This document shows, piece after piece, positions 1 to 12,276 of a stretch of DNA of 64,000 nucleotides. The notes below the pieces were generated by a model. It was not told the DNA's origin. It was given only the letters and a program-made list of their open reading frames with translations, and searched no databases. Each line of letters opens with the position of its first letter. Within the stretch, counting starts at the first letter, position 1. The stretch lies in contig CAWBHS010000008.1 of assembly GCA_963788655.1 (NCBI GenBank), forward strand, positions 1 to 64,000. The letters run 5' to 3'. This DNA is from an uncultured Verrucomicrobiae bacterium (GTDB taxonomy: Bacteria; Verrucomicrobiota; Verrucomicrobiia; Limisphaerales; JAFGQR01). Both the position numbers and the translations under genes were made by a program.

Positions 1-3000
1 GGCTCGACTGCCAAAGCTTAGGGCATAGCTGGTTTGCGGCACGAACGATCCTAACAGGGACTCGGCTACAGTCGCTCCATTGACCAGCAAACGCGTGGAG
101 CCAGAGGCTTTGTCGTAGGTCACCGCCACGTGCTGCCAAATCCCAGTCGTCACCACGCCCGCCGCAGAGTAGATTACGTGATAACGTCCGGCTTGGTCCA
201 CGAGATTGGCCAAAAGGGATCCTGGACCATACCACGGATGCCCGACCCACAGATGGACCCCAAACGCCGAACCAGACCATTGGTCCCATTCGACAATCGC
301 GTGGCCATCGGCCACGTCGGTTGGATTGATCCATGCTTCCACGGTCATGCCTATCCGCAAGGCCAACATCCAACGAGGGCGAGGCCGGCACATGCACAAA
401 ACCATTTTCTCCATCCAACGAAAAGGCTTCGCCGACTTCGCCGGCTCCGTAGGTGGCATTGCCCACCAATTCGGCCACATTGGTGCCCTGGAGATCAGCG
501 CCCGAACCATTCCCGGGCCACCAGCCCACCAAGCCGGCTGGCGGCACGGCGCAACCGGAAACCGCTTCGACCGTCAGCGTGGCCGCCTCGCTAGTCGCCG
601 TTCCATAGGCATTGCTGACTTCCACTCGGTATTCGCCCCCATCGGCCATCTGCACATTGGCCAGGGTGAGGGTGGCGGTCGTCGCCTGAGCCCAACTGTT
701 GGTCATCGTGCCACCACTGGTAACGAGAGGTGCGGACCCTCGCCTCCGCGCAAGCGTGACATTCTCTCCATCAAGACGGTCTGGCTTTCCGGTTGCCCAA
801 CTATGACTGGCGGTTCGGCGTCAAGCATTTCCCCGCGCCGCGAGCGGATAAATTGCATCCATTTCCACAGCGTTAGAGCCCGGTTGTAAACGCTGACTTC
901 GTCAACGGCTCCGACAAAACCGTAGCTGCCCGGCAACTGCGGCCCGATGACCAAAAATCAAAAACCTGGTCTGCGGCATGAACGACCCCAAGTTGGCCTC
1001 CGTCACCAACGCGCCGTTGACCTGCAACTTGCCGGCGCCGAGGCTCTTGTCGTAGGTCAACGCCACATGCTGCCAAATCCCGGCTTCACCGCGCCGCCCG
1101 CGGATTCCACTACGTGCCATAGTCCGTTGGTGTCCGCAATGTTGGCCAAAATCGATCCGTCTGGCCGGGTTGGATGCCTGATCCACAGAGCGGCTCCAAA
1201 CGCACAACCAGTCATCGGACTCCATTCGACGATCGCGTGGCCGTGGGCGATATCCGCCGGATTAATCCATGTCTCAATGGTCATTCCTTCGCCCAGGCCA
1301 ACATCCAGACTGGGGGCGGCCGGCACCCGCACAAGGCCTTTGGTCCGTCCAAATAAAAGCCGCGGCCCACTTCGCCCGTTACTAAGCGGCGCCGCCCACC
1401 AACTCGCCCGTATTGTCCCCCAGCGCGTCGGCCGCATTATCTTCGCCCCGCCACCAGCCCACCAAGCCGGCCGGCGGGACGGTGCAACCGGAAACCGCTT
1501 CGACCGTCAGCGTGGCCGCCTCGCTGGTCGCCGTTCCATAGGCATTGCTGACTTCCACCCGGTATTGGCCCCCGTCGGCCATCTGCACATTGGCCAGGGT
1601 GAGGGTGGCGGATGTCGCCTCAGCCAACTGTTGGTCATCGTGCCACCACTGGTAGCTCAAGGGTCGGTCCCCGTGGCTTCCACGGCAAAGGTCACTTCCT
1701 TCCGCGGGCACGCTCTGGCTCTGCGGTTGGGCGACAATGACTGGCGGTTCGCCTTCAAAGCACTTGCCCGCGCTGCTGGCGGATAGATTGCTTCAATTTC
1801 GGCACGGCTCAGTGCCCGGTTGTAAAGGCTGACTTCGTCGAATGATCCAACATAACGGGTAGCTGCCTTGAAGCCGAGGCTCGACTGCAAAAGTCACATA
1901 GCTGGTTTGCGGGATGAAGATCCTAAGAGGGACTCCGCCACCAGCGCTCCATTGACCATGCGAACTTGCGTGGAGCCAGAGGCTCTTGTCGTAGGTCACC
2001 GCCACGTGCTGCCAAATCCCGGTCGCACCACGCCAGCTCGGAATAGATCACGTGCCATAGCCCCGGCTTGGTCCACGAGATTGGCCAAAAGCAATCCCTG
2101 GACCATACCACGGATGCCCGACCCACAGATGCGGACCCCAAACGCGAACTCAGACCATTGGTCTCCATTCGACAATCGCGTGGCCATGGGCCACGTCCGG
2201 TTGGATTGATCCATGTTTCGATGGTGACATGCCTTCAGCAAGGCCAACATCCAACGAGGCGAGGCCGGAACATGCACAAAGCCATTGTCCATCCAAGGAA
2301 AGGCGCGACCGACTTCGCCGGCCACCGTAAGTGGCCCGCCAATCCAGCGTGCCCAGATTGGTGCCCTGGAGATCAGTCGCTTTGAACCTTCGCCGGGCCA
2401 CCAGCCCACCAAGCCGGCCGGCGGAACGGCGCAACCGGAAACCGCTTCGACCGTCAGCGTGGCCACCTCGCTGGTCGCCGCCCATAGGCATTGCTGACTT
2501 CCACCCGGTATCCGCCCTGGTCGGGCAACTGCACATTGGCTAGCTGAGGTGGCGGTCGTGGCATCGCCCAACTGTTGGTCATTGTGCCACCATTGATAAC
2601 TCAGCGGCTTCCGCCCGGTAGCTTCCACCGCAAAGGTCACGTTGCCTCCCACTGCCACGCTCTGGCTTTGGGGTTGGGCGACAATTGCGGCGGTTCGCCT
2701 TCGGAGCATTTGCCCGCACTGCTGGCGGCATAGATTGCTTCAATTTGCGCACCGCTTAGCGCCCGGTTGTAAAGGCTCACTTCGTCAATGGCTCCAGCAT
2801 AGGGGTAGCTGCCTGGCAACCGCAGCCCGATGACCAAGTCAAAACTGGTCTGCGGGGTGAAGGTGCCCAAGTCGGCCTCCGTCACCAGCGCGCCATTGAT
2901 ATATAACTTGCCGGCACCGCTGCTCTTGTCGTAGGTCAAGGCCACATGCTGCCAAACGCCTGCTTGCACGGCTCCGCCTTCGGTTTCCACCAAGTGCCAC

Positions 3001-5450
3001 ATCCCGTGGGTGTCCGCAATGTTGGCCAGAAGCAATCCGTCTGGCCGGGTTGGATGGCTTATCCACAACGCCGCGCCCAACGCACCTCCGGTCAGCGGAC
3101 TCCATTCGACGATGGAGTGTCCGTGGGCGGTGTCCGCGGGATTAATCCAAGTCTCGATGGTGAAGCCCTCGCCCTGGCCAACGTCCAGACTGGCCGCGGC
3201 CGGAATGCGCACATGGCCGTTGGTGCCGTCCAGTTGGAAGGCGCGACCCACCTCGCCCGCAACATAACTGGCGCCGCCGTCCAGCGTGCCCGGATTGCTC
3301 CCCAACGCGTCGGCCGCATTGTCTTCGCCCCGCCACCAGCCCACCAAGCCGGCCGGCGGGACGGTGCAACCGGAAACCGCCTCGACCGTTAGCGTGGCCG
3401 CCTCGCTGGTTGCTGTTCCATAGGCATTGCTGACTTCCACCCGGTAATGGCCCCCGTCGGCCATCTGCACATTGGCCAGGGTGAGGGTGGCGGACGTCGC
3501 CTCAGCCAACTGTTGGTCATTGTGCCACCACTGGTAGGCTCAGCGGTTCGGTGCCCGTGGCTTCCACCGCAAAGGTCACGTTGCCTCCCGTCGGCACGCT
3601 CTGGCTCTGCGGTTGGACGACAATTTGACGGCGGTTCGCCTTCAGAGCATTTGCCCGCGCTGCTGGCGGCATAGATTGCTTCAATTTGCGCACGGCTTAG
3701 CGCCCGGTTGTAAACGCTGACTTCGTCGATGGATCCAACAAAAGCGTAGCTATTGCCTTGAGTCGAGGCCCGACTGACCAAAGTTAGGTCAAAGCTGGTT
3801 TGCGGCACGAAGATCCTAACAGGGACTCGGCTACAGTCGCGCCATTGACCATACAACTGCGCGGAGCCAGAGGCTCTTGTCGTAGGTCAAGGCCACGTGC
3901 TGCCAAATCCCGGTCGTCACCACGCCAGCCGCAGAATAGATTACGTGATAACGCCCCGCTTGGTCCACGAGATTGGCCATAAGGGCTCCCTGGACCATAC
4001 CACGGATGGCCCGACCCACAGAGCGACCCCAAACGCCGAACCAGACCATTGGTCCCATTCGACAATCCCGTGGCCATCGGCCACGTCGGTCGGATTGATC
4101 CATGCTTCGATGGTCATGCCATCCGCAAGGCCAACATCCAAAGAGGGCGAGGCCGGCACATGCACAAAGCCACTTCCCTCATCCAACGAAAAGGCTTCGC
4201 CAACTTTGCCGGCACCGTAAGTCGCATTGCCCACCAATTCAGCTACGTTGGTGCCCTGGAGATCAGCGCCCGAACCATTCCCGGGCCACCAGCCCACCAA
4301 GCCGGCTGGCGGCACGGCGCAACCGGAAACTGCTTCGACCGTCAGCGTGGCCACCTCGCTGGTCGTCGTTCCATAGGCATTGCTGACTTCCACCCGGTAA
4401 TCACCCGCATTGGCTAACTGCACATTGGCCAGCGTGAGGGTGGCGGTCGTGGCATCGCCCAACTGTTGGTCATCGTGCCACCACTGGTAACTGAGTGGTT
4501 CGGTCCCCGTCGCCTCCACAGCCAGCGTGACATTCTCGCCGGCAAGCACGCTCTGGCTCTGCGGTTGGGCGACAATGACTGGCGGTTCGCCTTCAATGCA
4601 TTTGCCCGCGCTGCTGGCGGCATAGATTGCTTCAATTTCCACACCGCTTAGCGCCCGGTTGTAAAGGCTCACTTCGTCAACGGCTCCGGCATAAGCGTAG
4701 CTGCCCGGCAACCGCAGCCCGATGACCAAGTCAAAACTGGTCTGCGGGGTGAAGGTGCCCAAGTTGGCCTCCGTCACCAGCGCGCCATTGACATACAACT
4801 TGCCGGCGCCGCTGCTCTTGTCGTAGGTCAAGGCCACATGCTGCCAGACGCCTGCTTGCACGGCTCCGCCTTCGGTTTCCACCAAGTGCCATAGCCCGTG
4901 GGTGTCCGCAATGTTGGCCAGAAGCAATCCGTCTGGCCGGGTTGGATGGCTTATCCACAACGCCGCGCCCAACGCACCTCCAGTCAGCGGACTCCATTCG
5001 ACGATTGAGTGTCCGTGGGCGGTATCCGCTGGATTAATCCAAGTCTCAATGGTGAAGCCCTCGCCCTGGCCAACGTCCAGACTGGGGGCGGACGGGATCC
5101 GCACGTGGCCGTTGGTGCCGTCCAGTTGGAAGGCGCGGCCCACCTCGCCGGCAACATAACTGGCGCCGCCGTCCAACGTGCCCGGATTGTCCCCCAGCGC
5201 GTCGGCCGCATTATCTTCGCCCCGCCACCAGCCCACCAAGCCGGCCGGCGGCACCGGTACAACCGGAAACCGCTTCGACCGTCAGCGTGGCCGCCTCGCT
5301 GGTCGCCGTTCCATAGGCATTACTGACTTCCACCCGGTATTGGCCCCCGTCGGCCATCTGCACCTCGGCCAGTGTGAGGGTGGCGGACGTCGCCTCAGCC
5401 AACTGTTGGTCATCGTGCCACCACTGGTAGGTCAGCGGTTCGGTGCCTGT
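1..5450 (-). repeat. Intragenic tandem repeat: alternating A/B Ig-LamG units, about 935 bp per unit and about 1.87 kb per AB pair
   Basis: The A marker 'cgtcggccgcatt.tcttcgccccgccaccagccc' occurs near 1426, 3308 and 5200. The B marker 'tggtgccctggagatcag' occurs near 481, 2358 and 4249. Confidence 0.9.
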
Positions 5451-7560
5451 TGCCTCCACGTGGAAAATGGCGTTGGAGCCCACAAGCACGCTCTGGCTTT
5501 GGGGTTGTACGACAATTTTGGGCGGTTCCACCCCCACGCCCATTTGCACCACCCGCACCGCCAGCTTCAAGCCCGTCTGTAGGCTTCCGTCGGTTCCACG
5601 CCCAATCGCCCAGTCCAACGTGTCGCCACTGGACAAGCTTAGTTGGTTGGTGTAACCGGTGCCTTCGTTAGGCCCCAGGTACTGCCCGAACAGTTCCTGT
5701 CCGTTGAGGACTAAATGAAAGTCACAGTCCGCCGACAATTCGCCATCGAACAAGGGCAAGGCCACCGTTTCCACCCGGTACTCTCCGCTGGCTGGCGACG
5801 TAAACCGCACCACCCCAAAGTTGCGGTCGGTTCCCACCGATCCGGGTGCAAAATAGACCGTACCTTCCGGCCCGACAAACGCTCCACCCTTCGACACCGC
5901 GGTCCCCGGACCCTTCACGCGGTTCACCACCGGCCCGGTAGCCGCGTTATACTGCCAGGCGGCAATGGGCACTCCGTTATCCGCGTGAAAAGTGCTGGAG
6001 TATTCCAAGAGGTGCAACGTGCTGTCCAAACCAACTTCCCAGCCGTAGCTCCAGACCCCGTTGGGATTGGACGCCAAGGAATGGTCCGCGGAAAGATCAA
6101 ATACGTGAGGCACCGGGGTTACGGTCAACGTGGCCACGCTGCTGGTCACGGAGCCATCGGCGTTGCTCACTTCAACCCAATATTCACCTGCTTGGGCCGG
6201 TTCCACTTGAGGCAGTTCCAAAACCGGACCGGTGGCTTCAGCCAGCGCGTCTCCGTTAAACAGCCATTGGTAGGTCAATGGGGCGAGTGCCCGTTGCCAC
6301 GACGCGGAAGACGGCGTTGGTGCCCGCAAGCACGCTCTGGCTCTGGGGTTGGAAAACGATTATTGGTGGTTCACCAGACGTTTCATGCGGCAGGTAGTAG
6401 TCGTTTGAGTCGGTAAAGTGCGGATAAATCGAGCCGCCAAACAACAACATCCCTTCGCCAGTCCAAATTCCCGCATCCGGCCGCCAGAACTGCCGGGCCA
6501 CGGGCGCATTGGTTTGCGTCATGGCAGACCAAAAATCGCCATCGGGATTGTATCGCCCCCCAGTGTTAAACGCGCCGTATGGAAACGAATTGCCCCCGCC
6601 CCAAACGAGCATTTCCTCTCCCGTCCACACAGCCGCGTGAAAAAAACGTTCCTGCGGCGCGCCGTTGGTCGCCAGGGGCAGCCAGGTATCCGTGTGCGGG
6701 TCATAACGTCCCCCGGTATTCAGACTATGTTCACTCGGCAGAATTGCCCCGCCCCAGACAATCATTTCCGTGCCGGTCCAGACTGATGTGTGCCGGGCGC
6801 GCGATTCGGGCGCATCCGCAGTGCTCAGGGGCGTCCAAGTATCGGTAGCCGGATTGTAACGGGCGCCGTCACCGACGGAAATCCAGGGAGTGCCTATCCG
6901 GGCCCCGCCCCAGACAATCATTTCCGTGCCGGTCCAGATTGCGGTGGTTTCGAAGCGGGCGCTCGGCGCATTGTTACTGGCCATGGGTGACCAAGTATCA
7001 GTCGTGGGCTGGTAGCGGTAGCCATCGGCTAAAACGACGCTGCCGTCCGCCAAGCCGCCCCAGACCAGCATTTCCGAACCGGTCCAGACCGCGACCGCCT
7101 CGGATCGCGGAGACGGTGCGCCATTGGTGGACATGGCGTGCCAGGTATCCGTTGCCGGATCATAGAGTGCCCCGGTGTTGACATCGTCGCGTGAGTTAAA
7201 ATTGGAGCGCCCGCCCCACACGATCATCTTGTGGCCAGTCCACACCGCTGATTGAAACCAGCGGGCTGTAGGAGCATTTTCCAGTGAAGTCGCCACCCAA
7301 GTGTCGGTGGCCAAATTGTAGCGGCCACCACTGCGGAAAAAGGCGCCCTCGCCGCCGCCACCCCAGGCGATCATCTCGGTGCCGGTCCAGACGACAGAAT
7401 GGCCGACGCGGGCGGTGATGCCGCGCGCCTTGGCCTGCCACAGGTCAGTGGCAGCGTGTGAGAGCAGGGGAGTGAAACAAAGCCAGGCAGCAACCAGGCT
7501 GACCACAGGTGTAAAAACACGAATCGTGCAAGAAGGTCTGCATTCCGTCAATTTCTTCAT
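1..7560 (-). CDS. Giant secreted surface protein: signal peptide, Kelch beta-propeller, Ig domains and tandem Ig + LamG (ConA-like) repeats; split by frameshifts; 3' end beyond window start
   Basis: ORF 6256-7560 has a signal peptide and six 'VWTG.EM..WGG' Kelch repeats. It continues by frameshift into 5211-6329, 3941-5254, 2637-3509 and further fragments. These carry Ig motifs ('QPQSQSV...YQW...ATLTL..VQ..D.G.Y.VEVSN') and LamG motifs ('GLVGWW.G...TIE.WINP...WQHVALTYD...Y.NG...IDEVSLYNRALS'). RBS GAGGA lies upstream of the start. Confidence 0.85.
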
Positions 7561-7603
7561 ATATTTGTCCTCAATAGCGAAATACTCGGCAAACTGTGCC
7601 GCA

Positions 7604-7632
7604 ACAATGACGAGCTAGTGAATTAAAGTCAA
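7604..7632 (-). promoter_or_regulatory. Putative sigma70 promoter for the giant Kelch/LamG gene
   Basis: Minus strand TTGACT-N17-CATTGT, about 45 nt upstream of the ATG at 7560, in an AT-rich tract. Confidence 0.35.
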
Positions 7633-7999
7633 GAAATATTTTTGCTCTGGGCATGACTGATTTGAATGTGGTTCCAGAACAATTTGACGTCAGAGGATTC
7701 CTTGAATCCTCAAATTGCCGCAAGAAATGTAAAACGAGGCAAAAAGAACCGTTATGCGGGTTCTTGTTTTCTTGGCGGCCATTCATCAAGAGGTCGATTT
7801 GCTTTAACCACCAGCGGGACAGAAGGGACGCACCGAGGGTGATGGGGAACCAGCCAAGAACTAAACGTTTTTGGTGGTCACGTCCTGGAAGTATCCTTGG
7901 GGTCGTTCACAGAGAGGAAACGAAGCCAACGAAGGCTGAATCGCCAATGGGTTCTTATTCCATGTTGCGTGCAAGTTGAGACTATGGCGGAAGCGGATT

Positions 8000-8068
8000 G
8001 GAGCGCGGACATTCCGGTCCGCTCGGCGGGGATTGCGTTGCCCGAGCGGACCGGAATGTCCGCGCTCC
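8000..8068. repeat. REP-like inverted pair (GGAGCGCGGACATTCC type)
   Basis: Perfect 27-bp inverted repeat at 8000-8026 and 8042-8068 with a 15-nt spacer. Confidence 0.85.
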
Positions 8069-8387
8069 GATTGAAGTCTCAGTTTGAATGGGAACTGGAG
8101 TTACCAGCATTTGCCGGCCTGAGTTGCTCTCATCGGTTCGGTAACCGTCGAACCTGTTCGCAAGCTGCGAGGAACGTGTTTGCCCACGGCTTGGCCCAAC
8201 CGCAGGGGGTTCGGACGGCTCCATTTCACCGCCAAGACCCGAAGCGCGCAAAGCATGTGGCTGAGTATCTAGGCGGTGAACTGGAGCCGGCCAAACTCTT
8301 GACGATTTGCGCTGATCAGGATCGTGGGAGCGCGTCGAAGGCTGCTCACGTTGACACCCAATTCAAGAGGGCATAGGTTCGCCGATA

Positions 8388-11300
8388 ATGAACACGATAC
8401 CAACGCAACGCTCCAGTTCGAAGGTCGCGTCCATTTCGAAGATTCGCGTCAGTCGCCAAAACATGGCTCTGGTCTTCCGCCGCGTGGGGACGATCGCATG
8501 CCGGTGCATGATCGGGGGATTGGTGCTGGGAATATTGACGCTGCTTCAAGCGCAAGCCGCGCCGCTCACCCTGCAACCGGTCGGAAATCAAGGTTTCGAT
8601 GTGTACGCCAACGGCGTGCTCATGGCGCCGATTCGGCTGGCGGCGGGTGGGGCGATCGTGGCCGACCGCGTCGAGTCGAGTGCCACCAACATTCACCTTT
8701 CGGGATTGCGCACGGTTGATCCGCTCGCAGTCACTTTTGCCGCTGACGACTATGTGAGCATCACCCTGCCGGCGGCGGACGATACGAACGGAGACCCGGT
8801 GGTTCAGTTTCACCTGACCGTGCAGCAGTTCGACACGAATCGCTGGCTGGCGATGTTTCCCGACGGGCCCGCGCCGTTCCATTTTCTGGTCTGTTCGATG
8901 CCCACGGCCGCCGTGTGGCATCAGCGAGGTTGGCTCAATGCCACGCCGTATGCCGATCCCTTCCCGCTCCTGCAAGATGTTCACGTGGGATCGCCGGAAA
9001 TCTCCTGCCTGTGGAATCGGAACTGGAGTTACCTCTGTCCGCTGGGCGCGCATCCCATCCCGATGATCGGTCTTTGGGATCCGCCGGCGCAATTATACGC
9101 GGGCTATGACTTTCAAGGCGCGCGGGCGACGGATCAATCCGCGCGTTACCTCGCCACGGCGTATTGCTGGCAACAGGGTACGCTTACCAATTTCATCACG
9201 TTGGCCTATCCCTACGGCGGGACGCGCTACGGCCAACAAGTGTATCCGCAAGGCGGGGAAGTGCTGGCGTCGTGGTTTCACCTGATCCTTGATCCCAACC
9301 TGCCCGCCACGGAGGATCCCAATGAGCGTTTCCAGGAGCGGTTGTTTGCCCGCTATGCCGACGACCTTCCGCCCGTGCCGGCGATGAACGATGTTGGGTG
9401 GATACCCGGCCAGCGGCATTTGAGCGATTTCGCCGGACCCATTGGCGTGAATTTATACGGGACCGGTGGCGAAACGACGTTCTATCCAGCCGGCACGGTG
9501 CTCTTGAATGGCTGGCGGGGACACCTCGAGATGCCCATCGACACCGCCGCCCGCAAAGGCGACCTCGTCACCATCAATGTTGCGCGCAGCCGTATCGAAT
9601 CGTTGCTGACCAACGATGCGGTGACCTTCACCGTTGAGGGCGACGCGTGTTTGTTCTGGCAAAAGCCGCTGTCGGGCGCGTGGTGGCCGGACTGGGGCGG
9701 CAGTGATGTCACCACGCTCCACAACACGGAAGGTTGGTATGCGGCGCGCGTACTGGTGGAACTCTATCGCTACGACCGCGCCCACGGACAGGCCACACCC
9801 GAGTATCTGACCGCCCTTGATGGGCTGTTCAATTGGGCGCGGCACTTTGTGTGGACGCGTAATGAATTTGCCGATGTTCCGTCGTCGCCGTTTGCCATCG
9901 GCGGCACGCTGAGCACGGCGTTCTTGTTGGACTACTATTTCACCTTCAAAAACGATGTCCAACGGGCGACCAATGCGACGTTGGCGCTTCATCTGGCCAA
10001 CAACGTGATCTGGCGTTACCTCGAAGTGTGGGCCATGGATTCGGACCGGGCCGACGGTGCGCTGGACAGCGCATTCCTGTTGGAACCGAACAGCGGACGC
10101 GACTGGGCCGGTCTGGCCTGCGCCAACGAAGTGGCCTGGACGCTCGACTCGCTGGTGCAGGTTTATGTGCATTCCGGCGACCCGCGATTGCGCTATTACC
10201 TGCGCGGGATTTTGCAGCGTTGGCCGGCGCTGTACCGGGACCACTACGCGGATTCCATTGCCGACTACGGCAGCAGCGATGTGACCGAAGGCTTGGGCCT
10301 GTTTGATGGTTCGGGTCCCGGACGCGGCAATCGTTACGCGTATGGTTTTGCCGAAACGATGCCCTTGATTGATCCGGTCGGCAATTCCACCATGCGCGTC
10401 GTAGCCGGTGATCAGGCCTGCATCGCGTTTGACCGGTTCAATCAGAGCACCGACGTGACCGACTACCGCACGGCCGGCGACGGCGCCTGTTCCTTCCGTA
10501 TTGTTTCCGAGCTCCCGGGCCCGTTTGATGTCAGTTTTTCCTACCCGTTTGTGAACGTCTCCGGTCTGCCGGTCACGCGCGTGCGCAACGGCACGACGAA
10601 TCTGCTGCTGATCGGCCAGGTCACGCGACCGGCGCAAGCGCCCAGTTCCCTGTACCTGCCGCAATTGCAGAATGGCGACGTGATTACCATCGGCACGGTG
10701 CCGGCGGGAACGTCCACCAACGAATTCGATGGGTCACGGGTCTATAACGAGACCAACGTGCCACCGATCACCAATGGGTTATTCATCACGGTGCCGTTGA
10801 ATGGAGCTTATTCGCTGCCCCAGGATTGGCATGACCTGCACTCCTTTGCCGGCATCATCCCTGGGCTGCGCTGGAACTACCGCGTGCCCTATCAGCAAGG
10901 GCTGCGCGCCGTCACGAACCCCCAACCCGTCGCGGCACCCGAGGCGACTGTAGTGCTGGTGGCTTACTCGCCGCCGGCTTCGCAAACACTGACCGAGGCG
11001 CCCGCGCTGATCCTCGACGATGACTCGCGGTTGGCGTTGAGCGGGCATCCCGTGCTGGGATGGCGCGCCTGGCCAATCATCTTCGACCGAATGGTCTTGC
11101 TGGATTACGTCGAGGTGCCCGGTGGACGTTCACTCAAAGCGGTCGATCCGCAGGGCACCTTGGTGATGGGATTGACGGCCTTCACCGGCACGGCCACAGA
11201 TTGGCAACCGTTCCAGACGACCTTGGACAATGCTTCCGCCTCCTTTGTACAAACGGAGAGCGAGCGGCTCCGGGTGTTGGCGTTGCGATCCAGCTTTGCC

Positions 11301-12233
11301 GAATTGCCGGCGGGCAAGATCGCGCTGTTGCCGCTGAATAAAGCCGGGGCGGGTGCGAACTTCGCCGCGGCCACGGGGCTCGGGGAAAAATGGGATGCGC
11401 TGACCGAATCGCAATACGTCGATACGAATCAGTTCAATGCGCGGCGGTATCCGCTGGCGTTCTATCTCGGGAGCGAAGTCTATGTGAAGACGGTCGTCAC
11501 GGAAGGCGACGGCAAAGCCGCGATTGTTCGATACCTGGCGGAGGGGGGCACGCTGGTGATTCTGGCCACGGGTCCGTTCCCGTTTTACTACGGCTACGGC
11601 CCGAACGACCAGTCCGGCCCGGCTGATCCGTTGTTGCCGACATTGGGAATGCCTTTTCAGGGCTTCGAACAGGCGCCGGCGGGCATTTTCCTGCAACGCT
11701 ACCCGAACCAAACCATCCTGACGTCGGTGCCGGACGATTTCCCTTTCCCGCCGGGTGACCAGCGGTTGCGCGCGATCCGCCGAGGTTCGCTCAGCACCGC
11801 CCATCGCTACCAACCCTTGATCAAGGCGCTCGACGCGCAAGGCAACGACTACGGCGACGCCGCGGCGTATTTGGAGTTTCGCACCGGACCGGCGGCGGGC
11901 GGCAAGGTCGTCTATGTTTGGACAACGCTGTTGTCCGGCCCGCAAGGCCAATCGATCATGCTGGATGTCGTGCGTTGGATTGTGGACGCCACGTTGCGCC
12001 CGCCGCAACCGGCCCTGACCAACGTTCAATTATCCGATCCATCGCACGTGGCGTTCCGTTTCACTGCGCAGGCCAACCTGGACTATGTCGCTCAGTCCAG
12101 CCACGGCCTCGAGAACGCGAATTGGCTCAACCTCCAGGAATTCTTAAGCGCCCCGACCAACCGGGTTCTTTGGTTTACCAATGCCGTTAGTGGAACGGCT
12201 TCACAATTCTTTCGCCTGAAGGTGGGGCCTTGA
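8388..12233 (+). CDS. Large secreted protein of unknown function (possible alpha/alpha-barrel carbohydrate-active enzyme) with a C-terminal sorting-like domain; true start may be 8463 or 8508
   Basis: Uninterrupted 1281-aa ORF with a hydrophobic signal-like stretch 'IGGLVLGILTLLQAQAA', aromatic-rich helical repeats in the middle, and a C-terminus ending '...SQFFRLKVGP'. Confidence 0.8.
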   Translation: MNTIPTQRSSSKVASISKIRVSRQNMALVFRRVGTIACRCMIGGLVLGILTLLQAQAAPLTLQPVGNQGFDVYANGVLMAPIRLAAGGAIVADRVESSATNIHLSGLRTVDPLAVTFAADDYVSITLPAADDTNGDPVVQFHLTVQQFDTNRWLAMFPDGPAPFHFLVCSMPTAAVWHQRGWLNATPYADPFPLLQDVHVGSPEISCLWNRNWSYLCPLGAHPIPMIGLWDPPAQLYAGYDFQGARATDQSARYLATAYCWQQGTLTNFITLAYPYGGTRYGQQVYPQGGEVLASWFHLILDPNLPATEDPNERFQERLFARYADDLPPVPAMNDVGWIPGQRHLSDFAGPIGVNLYGTGGETTFYPAGTVLLNGWRGHLEMPIDTAARKGDLVTINVARSRIESLLTNDAVTFTVEGDACLFWQKPLSGAWWPDWGGSDVTTLHNTEGWYAARVLVELYRYDRAHGQATPEYLTALDGLFNWARHFVWTRNEFADVPSSPFAIGGTLSTAFLLDYYFTFKNDVQRATNATLALHLANNVIWRYLEVWAMDSDRADGALDSAFLLEPNSGRDWAGLACANEVAWTLDSLVQVYVHSGDPRLRYYLRGILQRWPALYRDHYADSIADYGSSDVTEGLGLFDGSGPGRGNRYAYGFAETMPLIDPVGNSTMRVVAGDQACIAFDRFNQSTDVTDYRTAGDGACSFRIVSELPGPFDVSFSYPFVNVSGLPVTRVRNGTTNLLLIGQVTRPAQAPSSLYLPQLQNGDVITIGTVPAGTSTNEFDGSRVYNETNVPPITNGLFITVPLNGAYSLPQDWHDLHSFAGIIPGLRWNYRVPYQQGLRAVTNPQPVAAPEATVVLVAYSPPASQTLTEAPALILDDDSRLALSGHPVLGWRAWPIIFDRMVLLDYVEVPGGRSLKAVDPQGTLVMGLTAFTGTATDWQPFQTTLDNASASFVQTESERLRVLALRSSFAELPAGKIALLPLNKAGAGANFAAATGLGEKWDALTESQYVDTNQFNARRYPLAFYLGSEVYVKTVVTEGDGKAAIVRYLAEGGTLVILATGPFPFYYGYGPNDQSGPADPLLPTLGMPFQGFEQAPAGIFLQRYPNQTILTSVPDDFPFPPGDQRLRAIRRGSLSTAHRYQPLIKALDAQGNDYGDAAAYLEFRTGPAAGGKVVYVWTTLLSGPQGQSIMLDVVRWIVDATLRPPQPALTNVQLSDPSHVAFRFTAQANLDYVAQSSHGLENANWLNLQEFLSAPTNRVLWFTNAVSGTASQFFRLKVGP

Positions 12234-12276
12234 AGGTCGGGGAGTCGAATTAATGCCCGATCATTATTAAGCCAGC

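Noticed and set aside
1..5450. LamG repeats as template/variable regions of a diversity-generating retroelement
   Set aside because: There is no reverse transcriptase in the window, and differences between copies are not visibly adenine-specific.
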